Source of the DNA: Ignavibacteria bacterium
GTDB lineage: Bacteria > Bacteroidota > Ignavibacteria > Kapaibacteriales > UBA2268
DNA length: 64,000 nt
Direction of reading: 5' to 3'
Assembly: GCA_031261605.1 (NCBI GenBank)
Contig: JAISJI010000068.1
Location: 2,771 to 66,770, forward strand
The notes under the pieces were generated by a model, which searched no databases, was not told the DNA's origin, and saw only the letters and a program-made list of their open reading frames with translations. This document shows, piece by piece, positions 9,501-20,241 of this stretch. A program made the translations under genes and the position numbers. Positions within the stretch are counted from its first letter, which is position 1; each line of letters starts with the position of its first letter.

Positions 9501-12500
9501 ATGAAATATACTCGCATAATCCAAATATTCCTCGCCATTTGTATCCTCGCTATATGTTGTCCAAATGCCGATGCACAGCGGTTCGGAAAAAATAAGAAGC
9601 AATACAAAGAGTTTCAATGGAAGTTCATTGAATCGCCCCACTTCAATATTTACTACGATGACGGCAGCAAACCATTAGCGGACTTCGCTGCTGTTGCTCT
9701 CGAAAATGCCCTCATATCTATCCAAAACACCTTGAATTATAGGATTACCGCACGTATCACCGTTGTCGTATATGATTCTCATAACGACTTTGAGCAAACA
9801 AATGTCCTCAGTGGATACCTCAGCACTGGTATCGGCGGCGTTACCGAACTCTACAAAAACAGAGTAGTTGTCCCATTCCAGGGCAGTTATGAACTCTTTC
9901 GCCACGTCTTACATCACGAACTTACGCACGCAGTTATCAACGATATGTTTTATGGCGGAACGCTCCAAACTGCTCTAACAACTAATGGTATAGCCGAAGT
10001 CCCACTCTGGATTAACGAAGGACTCGCCGAATGGGAATCTCTCGGAGGTATGGACCCAAACACCGATATGTTTATGCGAGACCTCACTATGAACGACGAA
10101 TTACCCAAACTAAAAAACATCAGCGGATACCTCGCATACCGTGCAGGACAAACATTCTTCTACATAATTGAGCAAAAATATGGCAGAGGAAAAGTTACCG
10201 AATTTATGAATAAACTTAAAGTCCTAAAAAGCATTCAACTCACATTTATCAATACTTTCGGAATGGATATTGATGAATTTTCTGAACTATGGCAAACCGA
10301 AGTTAAGAAAATATACTGGCCCGACATCACCATATACAATCAGCCAAAAGAATTCGCAACCCAACTCACCAACCACGAAAAAGATAATTGCTTCTACTAT
10401 TCATCGCCAGCAATCTCACCAGATGGAGAACGAATGGCGTTTATGTCAGATAGAGATGGAGGCATATTCGCTATCTACGTAGCCGATACAAAACCAACAA
10501 AAGACAAAAAGGATAAAATAAAAAAACTCGTAAGTAGCGCCAGACAACAGGACTTCGAACAATTAAACATACTCACCCCCGCTATTTCATGGTCACCAGA
10601 TGGCAAAAGCATCGCTATCTCTGCTAAATCCGGTGGCGAAGATGCTATTTTTATCCTCAATCCAATTAACGGGAAATACGATAAAATACCGCTACACTTC
10701 GCCTCTATCACATCGGTAAGTTGGTCGCCCGATGGTAATAAAATCGCATTCATCGGCGTCAAACGCTTCCAAAGCGACATCTACTATTACGACATCACCA
10801 GCAAGGAAGTCGTGAGCATTACTAACGATGCCTTCTCTGATGCTAATCCTATTTGGTCGGCTAATTCCAAATCCATTTACTTTATCTCCGACCGCGGCGA
10901 TAACCTTAATACCAACCTACCAGCCGACAAATTCAAAATATACAAGCACAATTACAACCAATCCGACGTCTATAAAATAGACATCGCAACCAATATATGC
11001 AAGCGTATCACATCCTCGCCAAATACCACTAAGACAGCAATCGCTGTATCCGATGATGAGCAACAACTGCTAATCGTTGCAAATGCTAATGGCATCAGCA
11101 ACATCTACAAACTCAATATCAATTCCCAATCTATGATGCCTATCACTAACTCCGTCAATGGTATTATGCAAATTTCTACCACCACGAACGGACTTAACCT
11201 GATTTTCGCCTCGCAAGTAAAGGGAGGATACGACATTTTTCTTATGCGTAATCCATTCGAAAAAACGCTAGGAATTGACACTCTACCTATGACAAATTAC
11301 ATCAAAGGGCTACAAAAACGCATCGCCATAATCAATGATACCAATGCTTCAGACGATTCTAATAGCGATGAAATATCCAATGTAGAAATATCTTATGGAA
11401 AATTCAAAACCAGTTTTTCTCACCAGCAATTTGTTAATCCCAATGAAGACCTAATTAATCCAATTACACAAAACCAAAACACCGAGCAAGTGGATGGATT
11501 AAAAGAAAATGAATACGAAACACACTTCTCTCTTGACGCATTCCTAATCAATCCGGCTGTCTCTACATACTACGGCGTGCAAGGTAATGCTGCTGCTTTA
11601 TTCAGCGATGTTATGGGCAACAATCAATTCTACATCTCCGCTTACATCATCTCAAGTTTAGATAATAGCCAGTTCTTAGGCGCATATATGTATAATGCAA
11701 AGACCATTAACTACTCCATTGCACTATACAATAACTCGGTATATACATGGAACTACTTAGCCGATTCTAATCGTTCCTATCCATACTCTTATCGCGCTAC
11801 GGGTGCTGTTTTAGGGGCATCATACCCATTCAGTTTATTCAGTAGAGTTGCATTCAACCTCAATTTAGTGAATGCAAATAAGCATAATGCAGACATCGCC
11901 GGCTACGAAATCAGCAAATACCTCTTAGTTCCAGAATTGGAATACGTTATAGACAACTCGCTTAATGGCATCTATGCTCCTACTCGCGGCTCCCGACTAT
12001 TCGTCAAAGCACGCTACTCACCAAACTTAGGCGATGTTTCTTCCGAATTTGTTACACTGCTCGCCGATGCAAGACATTATTTTGAATTATATCCAAACTT
12101 TATGAGCATTGCTGTTCGCGGCTCTGCGGGCGTCTCTACTGGTGCTAATCCACAAAAATTCTATGTCGGTGGCACAGACAATTGGATTAATGCTTCTTAC
12201 AGAACTGGTGATTTCGAACTTGATGACCCTGCCGATTTCGCTTTTCTTAACTCCTTTATTATGCCACTACGTGGTTGGCCCGTATTTGTTAATAACGGCG
12301 CGAAGTTCGCTGTTGCTAACATAGAATATCGCTTCCCAATCCTTATGGCATTTGGTGCTGGCGGTCTTCCAATCCTTATTCAAGGTATTATGGGCAATGT
12401 ATTTTATGACATCGGAACCGCTTTCAATAACGATTTCCGCATTAGTCACGTCAATGAAAACGATACCAGAGTCGTTGATAACCTATATATGAGTGCCGGC

Positions 12501-12617
12501 TGGGGTATTAGGGCAATCGTTTTCGGACTGCCATTTAAATTTGATATGGCTTGGCGAAACGAATACTACACGTGGTCTTCGCCTTACTATTTGTTCTCTC
12601 TCGGGTTGGATTTCTAA
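9501..12617 (+). CDS. Large secreted or outer-membrane protein: HExxH zinc-metallopeptidase-like domain, a PD40/TolB-like beta-propeller, and a C-terminal Omp85/surface-antigen-like beta-barrel.
   Basis: Signal peptide MKYTRIIQIFLAICILAICCPNADAQ, start at the 9501 ATG. HExxH in VLHHELTHAV. PD40-like repeats SWSPDGKSIAIS and SWSPDGNKIAF. C-terminal region rich in alternating hydrophobic residues, ending in a terminal F (GLDF). Confidence 0.65.
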   Translation: MKYTRIIQIFLAICILAICCPNADAQRFGKNKKQYKEFQWKFIESPHFNIYYDDGSKPLADFAAVALENALISIQNTLNYRITARITVVVYDSHNDFEQTNVLSGYLSTGIGGVTELYKNRVVVPFQGSYELFRHVLHHELTHAVINDMFYGGTLQTALTTNGIAEVPLWINEGLAEWESLGGMDPNTDMFMRDLTMNDELPKLKNISGYLAYRAGQTFFYIIEQKYGRGKVTEFMNKLKVLKSIQLTFINTFGMDIDEFSELWQTEVKKIYWPDITIYNQPKEFATQLTNHEKDNCFYYSSPAISPDGERMAFMSDRDGGIFAIYVADTKPTKDKKDKIKKLVSSARQQDFEQLNILTPAISWSPDGKSIAISAKSGGEDAIFILNPINGKYDKIPLHFASITSVSWSPDGNKIAFIGVKRFQSDIYYYDITSKEVVSITNDAFSDANPIWSANSKSIYFISDRGDNLNTNLPADKFKIYKHNYNQSDVYKIDIATNICKRITSSPNTTKTAIAVSDDEQQLLIVANANGISNIYKLNINSQSMMPITNSVNGIMQISTTTNGLNLIFASQVKGGYDIFLMRNPFEKTLGIDTLPMTNYIKGLQKRIAIINDTNASDDSNSDEISNVEISYGKFKTSFSHQQFVNPNEDLINPITQNQNTEQVDGLKENEYETHFSLDAFLINPAVSTYYGVQGNAAALFSDVMGNNQFYISAYIISSLDNSQFLGAYMYNAKTINYSIALYNNSVYTWNYLADSNRSYPYSYRATGAVLGASYPFSLFSRVAFNLNLVNANKHNADIAGYEISKYLLVPELEYVIDNSLNGIYAPTRGSRLFVKARYSPNLGDVSSEFVTLLADARHYFELYPNFMSIAVRGSAGVSTGANPQKFYVGGTDNWINASYRTGDFELDDPADFAFLNSFIMPLRGWPVFVNNGAKFAVANIEYRFPILMAFGAGGLPILIQGIMGNVFYDIGTAFNNDFRISHVNENDTRVVDNLYMSAGWGIRAIVFGLPFKFDMAWRNEYYTWSSPYYLFSLGLDF

Positions 12618-12620
12618 GAT

Positions 12621-13013
12621 ATGAAAAAACATTGCACCATCATACTAATCGCTGTCTCTATAATTGCACTTACGGCTTGCACTTCTACCGCTCGCTTCTC
12701 CAATGCCAGCGATAAAGATAGCGGAACAATCAGAGGATACGCATCATACTATCACGATAAATTTAATGGACGCAAAACCGCTAACGGCGAGGTCTTTGCT
12801 CAAAGCAAGCTCACAGCAGCACATCGCGAATTACCTTTTGGAACTATTGTCCGAGTAACACGTGTTTCAAATGGAAAGTCCGTTCTAGTTCGTATTAACG
12901 ACCGTGGTCCGTTTGTCGATGGGCGTATTATTGACTTGTCGCTGGCAGCAGCCAAGGAATTGGATATGATTAATGATGGTGTGGTGGAGGTAGTTCTGCA
13001 AATACAGAAGTGA
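12621..13013 (+). CDS. rlpA: Septal-ring lytic transglycosylase RlpA-family lipoprotein (DPBB domain).
   Basis: Lipoprotein signal ...IALTAC. RlpA core [21 protein letters not shown]...[35 protein letters not shown]. Confidence 0.85.
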   Translation: MKKHCTIILIAVSIIALTACTSTARFSNASDKDSGTIRGYASYYHDKFNGRKTANGEVFAQSKLTAAHRELPFGTIVRVTRVSNGKSVLVRINDRGPFVDGRIIDLSLAAAKELDMINDGVVEVVLQIQK

Positions 13014-13062
13014 TAGGTCGGATTTACAAAAAATCGGCGGCGCATAAATTATTCGAAGAATT

Positions 13063-13287
13063 TTGACTATACCATATAAATTTTTAAGAGGTAAAATGGA
13101 ACAAGAATTAAAAGATATCTGGATTGCAAAAGACCAAGCAAAAATACTTTATCCGCACAAAGTGATATGGCATATAATATTCATACTTTTCACTGGCGGA
13201 ATTGGCAATATTCTATACGCAATAAGCGTAAGTAGGAAAAGGAAAAAACATATAAAAGAATGGATGGAATTATGTGCAATGGAATAA
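13063..13287 (+). CDS. Small hypothetical membrane protein.
   Basis: 74-aa ORF with one hydrophobic segment (VIWHIIFILFTGGIGNILYAISV). No homology recognised. Coding status uncertain. Confidence 0.3.
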   Translation: MTIPYKFLRGKMEQELKDIWIAKDQAKILYPHKVIWHIIFILFTGGIGNILYAISVSRKRKKHIKEWMELCAME

Positions 13288-13370
13288 ACTCTGCAGCCAC
13301 GCAGAAAGAATAGCAGTCATATCCTCCTCTGTGTGCGAGAGACGGGTCTTCTCAGCCGTATAATTAAATT

Positions 13371-13408
13371 CGGAACAAAAAAATAGGGACAAATAAATAT
13401 TTGCCCCT
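13371..13408 (-). terminator. Terminator hairpin for the tRNA gene.
   Basis: agggacaaata / tatttgcccct stem with one mismatch, followed on the minus strand by a T-run. Confidence 0.5.
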
Positions 13409-13413
13409 ACAAG

Positions 13414-13486
<73 letters not shown>

Positions 13487-13536
13487 GTATTTTAGAATTA
13501 CAAATATAACGCTTTTTATTCACTTTACCAAACTAT

Positions 13537-14262
13537 TTGCATTTTTTTATGAATAATTTAAATAATACCGCCTTTATTGACATCGGTAACACCAATACAA
13601 AAATTTTGCTCGATGGACAATTCCACTCAATAAGCAATACCAAAATACAAAATATATGCAACGAACTCGCATTTAATAAAGCCGTTGTGTCGTCCGTTCA
13701 GACCAGTATTTACAGCACTCTCGCCACTACTTTGAACAAAGCCCACATCGCCATCGTGAATGCTGCTGCTCTGCTGGCTCGGCAAAATATCATTGACCTA
13801 TCCGAAGTTGATGGCATTGGAACTGACCGCGTCCTTGGTCTAATCGGTGCAATGCAACTTTCCGCTCCTCCACTAATCACTGTCGACTGCGGAACTGCCA
13901 CAACTATTAACTTACTTGACGCTAACAACATCGCAAAGGGTGGAACCATTATGCCGGGTATTACTACTATGGCTAAGGCATTGAACGAACATACCTCACT
14001 ACTTCCGCTTGTCAATATCGCTGACAACTATAAGTGGCATATCGGCGAAAATACAGATAATGAAATCTCCGCTGGTATAGTTGCTGCTACTGCTGGCGCT
14101 ATCAATTTCTTCCTGCAACATACAAATCGTTGTAACCTCGTATTAACCGGTGGCTACGGAAATCTGCTCGCTACATATAACTATCCCGATGCCGAAAATG
14201 TTAAATATGCAAAGCATCTCGTCCTAAATGGTCTGCAACATCTTTACAACACTACTTCCTAA
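13537..14262 (+). CDS. coaX: Type III pantothenate kinase.
   Basis: AFIDIGNTNTKI (DxGNT), GIGTDRV and ITVDCGTATTI motifs. ~240 aa. Confidence 0.85.
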   Translation: MHFFMNNLNNTAFIDIGNTNTKILLDGQFHSISNTKIQNICNELAFNKAVVSSVQTSIYSTLATTLNKAHIAIVNAAALLARQNIIDLSEVDGIGTDRVLGLIGAMQLSAPPLITVDCGTATTINLLDANNIAKGGTIMPGITTMAKALNEHTSLLPLVNIADNYKWHIGENTDNEISAGIVAATAGAINFFLQHTNRCNLVLTGGYGNLLATYNYPDAENVKYAKHLVLNGLQHLYNTTS

Positions 14263-14995
14263 GCAACCACTCCCCCAACTTAACGTCCAACTCCGTATGC
14301 GGAAGTTCCGAATGCTCATACATTCCCGCCAAATGCCGCTGTCGCATTGCTTCAAACAAGGATACAGCACACGCTACAGATATATTTAGGGAACGAATTA
14401 CGCCCACTTGCGGTATAATGAAATTCCCATCCGCAAGCGACGCTGCCTCATCCGATACGCCCGTATGCTCATTACCAAAGACCAGAGCAAGCGGTTGTGT
14501 CAAATCCATTTCGTATAGCGATACCGCATCGTTCTCTAAGTGTGTTGTATATATACGCTTACCTTCCGAACGCAATGCAGCATAACACTCAACTATGCTA
14601 TCAAATCTACGCACATCCACCCACTTGCGAGCACTCGCACTTGTAGAATTATGTATCGCTGGGAACTCCTGCCCGCTATGATATACCAGCATCACCTCCA
14701 TTACGCCAACCGCATCGCAACTACGAAAGCAGGCAGAAACATTATGTGCATCGGCAATATTCTCCATCACCACGGTGATACTTTTTTGTCTACGTTTCAG
14801 AACTTCCTGCAGGCGAATTATTCTCTCTGGTGTTCCCAAATTTGTTATATCTATAATTTTCTCTATATAGCAATCATTTATATCTATGAGCATATTTTCT
14901 ATTTTATTTTTGGTAGATTGCGAGGTAAGCCACAATGGTGACTTTTGGTAAATTGCATCCATTAATATTAATTCATATAACATTAATTTAATCAT
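14252..14995 (-). CDS. SpoU/TrmH-family RNA 2'-O-methyltransferase.
   Basis: RIIRLQEVLKRRQKSITVVMENIADAHNVSACFRSCDAVGV and LVFGNEHTGVSDEA...IPQVGVIRSLNISVACAVSLFE match TrmH/SpoU. The N-terminal extension may mean the true start is internal, for example the Met at 14893. Confidence 0.8.
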   Translation of the reverse strand: MIKLMLYELILMDAIYQKSPLWLTSQSTKNKIENMLIDINDCYIEKIIDITNLGTPERIIRLQEVLKRRQKSITVVMENIADAHNVSACFRSCDAVGVMEVMLVYHSGQEFPAIHNSTSASARKWVDVRRFDSIVECYAALRSEGKRIYTTHLENDAVSLYEMDLTQPLALVFGNEHTGVSDEAASLADGNFIIPQVGVIRSLNISVACAVSLFEAMRQRHLAGMYEHSELPHTELDVKLGEWLLRK

Positions 14996-15022
14996 ATTTT
15001 CGTATCTTTACACTAAAATAAA

Positions 15023-15868
15023 TTGCAAATTATGAATTTATACGCTCTATCCCTAATAATTAATTCCATTCTACCGCCAAGCACAGCAATGGAACACGAT
15101 AGAATCGGTATCCAAATTGATGCCGATACCGACAGCATATCCGGTATCCTTACCACAATGGAAATTACTGATGAGGTGGTAGATGAATGCGTTGAGAATA
15201 ATTTAAATACCATAATTACATTTCATCCGCTTATTTTTCACAAACTTAGCGAAATTGTTCCATCTGAACGAATTGGTAGATTATGCTCTAAATTAATTAA
15301 AAATAATATCAATGTAATATCTGTTCATACTACATTTGATGCACATCCACACGGCACAAGTCGCATTCTCGCCGAATTGTTGAATCTGAACTTTGTCTCT
15401 ACGCTTGTCCCCGATGCTAATATCCAGCATTGTGGAATGGGAGTTATCGCTAATGCTGCCAATCCTATTGATTTGAAAACGCTCGCTCAGATGCTCAATT
15501 CGGTATGTGCTGCTAATGTTCAATATTGCTGCGGAAAGTCGCAATTTGCCCAACGTATTGCTATTGTTGGTGGTAGTGGCTCCGACTTTATTGACTATGC
15601 AATAGTGCAGGATTGCGATGCCTTCATAACTGCTGATGTCTCTTATCACCAATTTCATTCCGCAAATGGACATATCGCCTTGTTCAATGTCGGACATTAC
15701 GAAATGGAGCAATTTGTTGGTGCAGCCATCAACAATCTGCTTACATTGGAATTGGATAAAGCAAATATAAAACACACTCATTCTAAAGTTATTACAAATC
15801 CTGTGCGTTCTTTCCCTAATGATTACACACAGTTACAACAAAATATTTTGAACAACATAATAATATAA
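15023..15868 (+). CDS. Nif3-family dinuclear-metal-centre protein (YqfO/YbgI-like).
   Basis: N-terminal ...SILPPSTAMEHDRIGIQ and VISVHTTFDAHPHGTSRILAELLNL match Nif3. Confidence 0.7.
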   Translation: MQIMNLYALSLIINSILPPSTAMEHDRIGIQIDADTDSISGILTTMEITDEVVDECVENNLNTIITFHPLIFHKLSEIVPSERIGRLCSKLIKNNINVISVHTTFDAHPHGTSRILAELLNLNFVSTLVPDANIQHCGMGVIANAANPIDLKTLAQMLNSVCAANVQYCCGKSQFAQRIAIVGGSGSDFIDYAIVQDCDAFITADVSYHQFHSANGHIALFNVGHYEMEQFVGAAINNLLTLELDKANIKHTHSKVITNPVRSFPNDYTQLQQNILNNIII

Positions 15869-15875
15869 ACGCATT

Positions 15876-16718
15876 ATGAAAAAATATATATCGCTAACAA
15901 TCTTAATAGTATCGCTCTTACTAATGAGCAAATACGCCACTTATGCAGATGTCTCCGTATCCATTAAGAACGATACGACAAATACCGATTTCCTTTCCAT
16001 TCCAATATACGGCTCAACTGCGAATTGGACAGGTAAGACCGCCGAATACACTTTCCAACTTGGGTATGCACAATGCAATATATTGGAGATAGTAGCCAAT
16101 TCCGATTATGCTTTGAAAGCAAATACCGCCTCCTTCACTTATGATTGGTGGGAACGCACGCTCGTAGTCAAAGTGACGGACATCGCTCCTAATTTCAATG
16201 GGACGCTCTTCGCTATCAATGTGGAACTCTCTCCACGAATGGACTTCTACGGCATTTGGGAACAATCCATTACCATAGAGCCAAAGACAGTGCGTGTATA
16301 TGGCAATGGCACTGATACAACTATCGCTCTCTCCGGTGTCGCTACCATTCTCATTGATAAGGAAAATCCAGACCAAACTTTTAGAGAAGATATTTCATTA
16401 AACTATCCTAATCCATTCAATTACGAAACCATCGTATTCTTCAGCATTGACAAGCCATCTAAGATAGAAGCAAAACTATTTAGTTTCTCAGGAGAAATCG
16501 TCCAAAATATACCGAAAGATACAAAAGGACCATTGCTTTTCACTATTTACGACTCTTTCAATAAGGAAATCAGCGAGCCAGCCGATTACGAATTCCCGCA
16601 AGGTATTTATAAAATTATCTTTCGGGTAAATGCTCAAATGCTTGCTGTCGGACACTATCGCTTCCTGCTCGAAACCGATAACAGCAGCCACTCTATCTAT
16701 ATGTCTTTTATGAATTAA
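15876..16718 (+). CDS. Hypothetical secreted protein.
   Basis: Signal peptide MKKYISLTILIVSLLLMSKYATYA. No recognisable motifs. Confidence 0.5.
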   Translation: MKKYISLTILIVSLLLMSKYATYADVSVSIKNDTTNTDFLSIPIYGSTANWTGKTAEYTFQLGYAQCNILEIVANSDYALKANTASFTYDWWERTLVVKVTDIAPNFNGTLFAINVELSPRMDFYGIWEQSITIEPKTVRVYGNGTDTTIALSGVATILIDKENPDQTFREDISLNYPNPFNYETIVFFSIDKPSKIEAKLFSFSGEIVQNIPKDTKGPLLFTIYDSFNKEISEPADYEFPQGIYKIIFRVNAQMLAVGHYRFLLETDNSSHSIYMSFMN

Positions 16719-17653
16719 TGCGATTGCTAATGAATAACAATGAACTCATACTTGGACTTGATATTGGCGGAACATCCTGCAAATGTGGCGTCATAGATGC
16801 TGATTGCAATATCATTTACAAAACCAATATTCCGTCTGTTCTTAGTGCATCACCGGACAATGTCCTTCAATCTATCGGCAATCTTACTAATGATACTATC
16901 GCTAAGTTTCCAACTATCGCTGCTATTGGTATGGGTGTGCCGGGGGTTTGCTCTGATAACAAAATTGTTAATTCACCCAACTTCACTGCTCTATTAGACA
17001 TTGACTTCTACGACTACTACACCAACCACTACTCCATCCCGTTCTATATGGATAATGATGCAAATGCTGCTGCGGTAGCGGAATTAGTTAAAGGACACGG
17101 AACGCAATACAACAACCTCATATATATAACACTCGGAACAGGTGTTGGTGGGGCTATCGTCATCAATAGACAAATATTCCACGGCACTAATGGTGGTGCT
17201 GGCGAACTCGGTCACACCATCATTGATTGCAACAGCACGACAAATGCCTCTTACAGAAATGGAACACTCGAAGAGAAAGTAGGAAGAATGGGTATTCTCT
17301 CTCTGGCAAAGCAGTGCATCACAAAAGATTCTTTACTATACGGGAACAACTACGATGTCCGCGAAGTCGCTAGTGCCGCTAATAATAATGACTCTGATTC
17401 TATTAAATGCATCAGCGAGGTTGGATACTACCTCGGCATCGGTATTGCATCCATTGCTACGGCTCTCGATATACCAAATTTTATCATCGGCGGTGGCATT
17501 TCGCAATCCGATTTGCTTATTGCTGTTGCTACTAAGACCGCTGTTGCTCGTGCTATTCCGTCTGTTGCTAAATTCCTCACTATTAAGAGAGCGAAATTCA
17601 TTAGCGATACCGGTGTAATTGGTGCAGCGCTACTCACTGAAAATATTAACTAA
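16718..17653 (+). CDS. ROK-family sugar kinase-like protein (glucokinase-like). The zinc motif is degenerate.
   Basis: LGLDIGGTSCKCG, DNDANAAAVAEL, ITLGTGVGGAIV, GGAGELGHT. The usual CxCGxxGC motif is not intact. Confidence 0.6.
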   Translation: MRLLMNNNELILGLDIGGTSCKCGVIDADCNIIYKTNIPSVLSASPDNVLQSIGNLTNDTIAKFPTIAAIGMGVPGVCSDNKIVNSPNFTALLDIDFYDYYTNHYSIPFYMDNDANAAAVAELVKGHGTQYNNLIYITLGTGVGGAIVINRQIFHGTNGGAGELGHTIIDCNSTTNASYRNGTLEEKVGRMGILSLAKQCITKDSLLYGNNYDVREVASAANNNDSDSIKCISEVGYYLGIGIASIATALDIPNFIIGGGISQSDLLIAVATKTAVARAIPSVAKFLTIKRAKFISDTGVIGAALLTENIN

Positions 17654-17678
17654 ACACATTCTTATATATACATATTAT

Positions 17679-18467
17679 ATGAAAATTATGGGCATTCTTA
17701 ACGCTACTCCTGACTCGTTCTCTGATGGAACCGGCGTTGTAAATACTGACTCGCTATTTCATAAGGCACAGCGGATGGTCGCCGATGATGTTGATATTAT
17801 TGACATTGGAGGCGAAACCACTAAGCCCGGTGCTGATGATACGCCTGTGGATGTTGAACTAACTAGAGTTCTACCCATACTCAAATTAATTAGACAGCAT
17901 TACCCAGCCCTCCCCATATCTATTGACACTCGCAAAGCGGAAGTAGCCGAAGAAACACTTAAAGCAGGAGCAAATATTATTAATGATGTCTCCGGCTTGC
18001 AATATAACCACGAAATCGCCTCCATCACCGCAAAACACAACGCCTCTCTCGTAATTATGCACTCCAAAGAAACACCGAAAAATATGCAGAACAATCCACA
18101 ATACAACAGCGTTGTCAATGAAGTATATGACTTCCTACATAACAAAATATACTTCGCTCGAACAAAAGGCGTTAAGCATATCATCGCTGATGTCGGTATT
18201 GGCTTTGCTAAAACGACAGAACACAACATTACGCTTCTGCGAAATATGGAATACTTTGCTTCGCTTGGTGTGCCGCTGCTTCTGGGCATTTCACGCAAGC
18301 GATTTATTGGACAAATCGCTGGTATAGATACTCCAAGCGATAGAGATGCTGCAACTATGCTAATTCATTCGCTATTGCTGCATAACGCCACTATAGAAAT
18401 AATTCGCGTCCATAATGTAAATATGGCAAACCAATTAAGAAAATTCACCAATCTATTAACTAAATAA
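17679..18467 (+). CDS. folP: Dihydropteroate synthase.
   Basis: MKIMGILNATPDSFSDG, IIDIGGETTKPGA, INDVSG, DVGIGFAKT. The ATG at 17679 avoids overlap with the upstream gene. Confidence 0.85.
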   Translation: MKIMGILNATPDSFSDGTGVVNTDSLFHKAQRMVADDVDIIDIGGETTKPGADDTPVDVELTRVLPILKLIRQHYPALPISIDTRKAEVAEETLKAGANIINDVSGLQYNHEIASITAKHNASLVIMHSKETPKNMQNNPQYNSVVNEVYDFLHNKIYFARTKGVKHIIADVGIGFAKTTEHNITLLRNMEYFASLGVPLLLGISRKRFIGQIAGIDTPSDRDAATMLIHSLLLHNATIEIIRVHNVNMANQLRKFTNLLTK

Positions 18468-18479
18468 ATTCAAACAAAT

Positions 18480-20000
18480 ATGAATAACGACATTAATAAT
18501 AAAGATATTGTTAAAATTAACGAAATAGATAAAGCCCAATCCAACTGTGCTGTTGTTGGTATTTATGGACATCCGCACGCTGCACTGATGACTTACTATA
18601 TGCTACATTCGCTACAGCATCGCGGTCAGGAGGCAACCGGTATCACTACCTTTTACAAAAAGGATGACACCACTTGGTATTATGCGTCCCATCGTAGGAA
18701 TGGATTAGTTATGGATACATTTTCTAATCCGGCTTTATTCACCGATAAGTTAGTCGGGACGATGGCTATCGGACACAACAGATACGCTACCACCGGCAGT
18801 GCCATTGATAGCAATATCTCTCCGCTCAATATGCGATACAAGTCCGGTATTCTTGCTCTCAGCCATAACGGTAACCTATCCAATACACATACACTTAGAA
18901 GCCAATTGGAGAACGAAGGTGCTATCTTCCACACTACGACCGATAGCGAATTGTTCCTCCATCTTACCGCTCGTAGCAAAAAAACATCCCAAATAGAACA
19001 GATACGCGAAGCATTAACTTACACAAAAGGTGCTTACTCGCTCGCCATTCTCACGCAAGAGGGACTTGTCGCTTGTAGAGACCCACACGGTGTTCGTCCG
19101 CTATCCATCGGTAAAGTTAAGGTTGATGGACATTACGCCTATTGTGTTGCTTCTGAAACCTGTGCCTTTGATATGATAGATGCGGAGGAGATTCGCACCG
19201 TTAAGCACAATGAAATGATTGTTATCAACGATAATACGCTCGTTACCGGTGAAATCCTATCTTATAAAATTGAGCCAGAAACACCTATCGCTAAACATTG
19301 CATCTTTGAATACATATACTTCTCACGTCCAGATAGCCGTATCTTCGGGCATAATGTAGATAAAGTGAGACGCAAACTCGGAAAAAACCTCGCAGAAGAA
19401 TTTCCTACTGAACTTGCTAATACTGACCCAGAGAAACAAAAAGTTAGAGTTATTTCTGTGCCTGATAGTGGAAATACTGCGGCTCTGGGCTATGCTCGGG
19501 CTAACCAGAAAGAAAATAAAATTGAAACCGCCTACGAAATAGGACTAATTAGAAGCCATTATGTAGGAAGAACTTTTATCCAATCCGGACAAGATAATCG
19601 CGAATTCAAAGTGAAAAGCAAGTTTAACACAGTCAAAGGCGTTATTGATGGGTGGGATATAGTTGTAGTGGATGATTCCATTGTCAGAGGAACTACTTCC
19701 AAAGCATTAATTAAACTTATAAAGAACGCTAAGCCAAATCAATTACATCTCCGCATTACGTCACCACCTATTAAATTCCCGTGCCACTATGGTATGGACT
19801 TTCCCAGCAAAAAGGAACTCATTGCAAACGATTACGATAATGAAAAAGAGATAGGCGATGCTCTCGGAGTGGATTCTTTACACTACCTCTCCAAAGAGAA
19901 ATTATTAGAAGCCGTCTCGCACGAAGAAGGCATTGACTACTGCACTGCTTGCTTCACAGGCGAGTACCCAATAGAATTAGAATCAGAATTGGAATCCTAA
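18480..20000 (+). CDS. purF: Amidophosphoribosyltransferase, with a 22-residue propeptide.
   Basis: The propeptide is followed by CAVVGIYG (Ntn Cys). PRTase motif VVVDDSIVRGTTS. C-terminal Cys ligands CHYG...CTAC. Confidence 0.9.
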   Translation: MNNDINNKDIVKINEIDKAQSNCAVVGIYGHPHAALMTYYMLHSLQHRGQEATGITTFYKKDDTTWYYASHRRNGLVMDTFSNPALFTDKLVGTMAIGHNRYATTGSAIDSNISPLNMRYKSGILALSHNGNLSNTHTLRSQLENEGAIFHTTTDSELFLHLTARSKKTSQIEQIREALTYTKGAYSLAILTQEGLVACRDPHGVRPLSIGKVKVDGHYAYCVASETCAFDMIDAEEIRTVKHNEMIVINDNTLVTGEILSYKIEPETPIAKHCIFEYIYFSRPDSRIFGHNVDKVRRKLGKNLAEEFPTELANTDPEKQKVRVISVPDSGNTAALGYARANQKENKIETAYEIGLIRSHYVGRTFIQSGQDNREFKVKSKFNTVKGVIDGWDIVVVDDSIVRGTTSKALIKLIKNAKPNQLHLRITSPPIKFPCHYGMDFPSKKELIANDYDNEKEIGDALGVDSLHYLSKEKLLEAVSHEEGIDYCTACFTGEYPIELESELES

Positions 20001-20241
20001 TTATTTATGTAGTTGCGACTTGATATATGACGAAAACGCAATAAGTATGGGAACAGAGACCATACCCGAAATAGTTTTTGGAACCATGAAAACTAAAAAA
20101 GTTTTTATAGTTTTCGTAAGTTACGTATTCCACTTAAAAACATTATGTTGATTTTTCTTGGTATTTCGTTATAAACACACTATATTTGTAATCTATAAAA
20201 TAACTCAAATTTATTAATCATTAATTAAAGGATTATACTAA

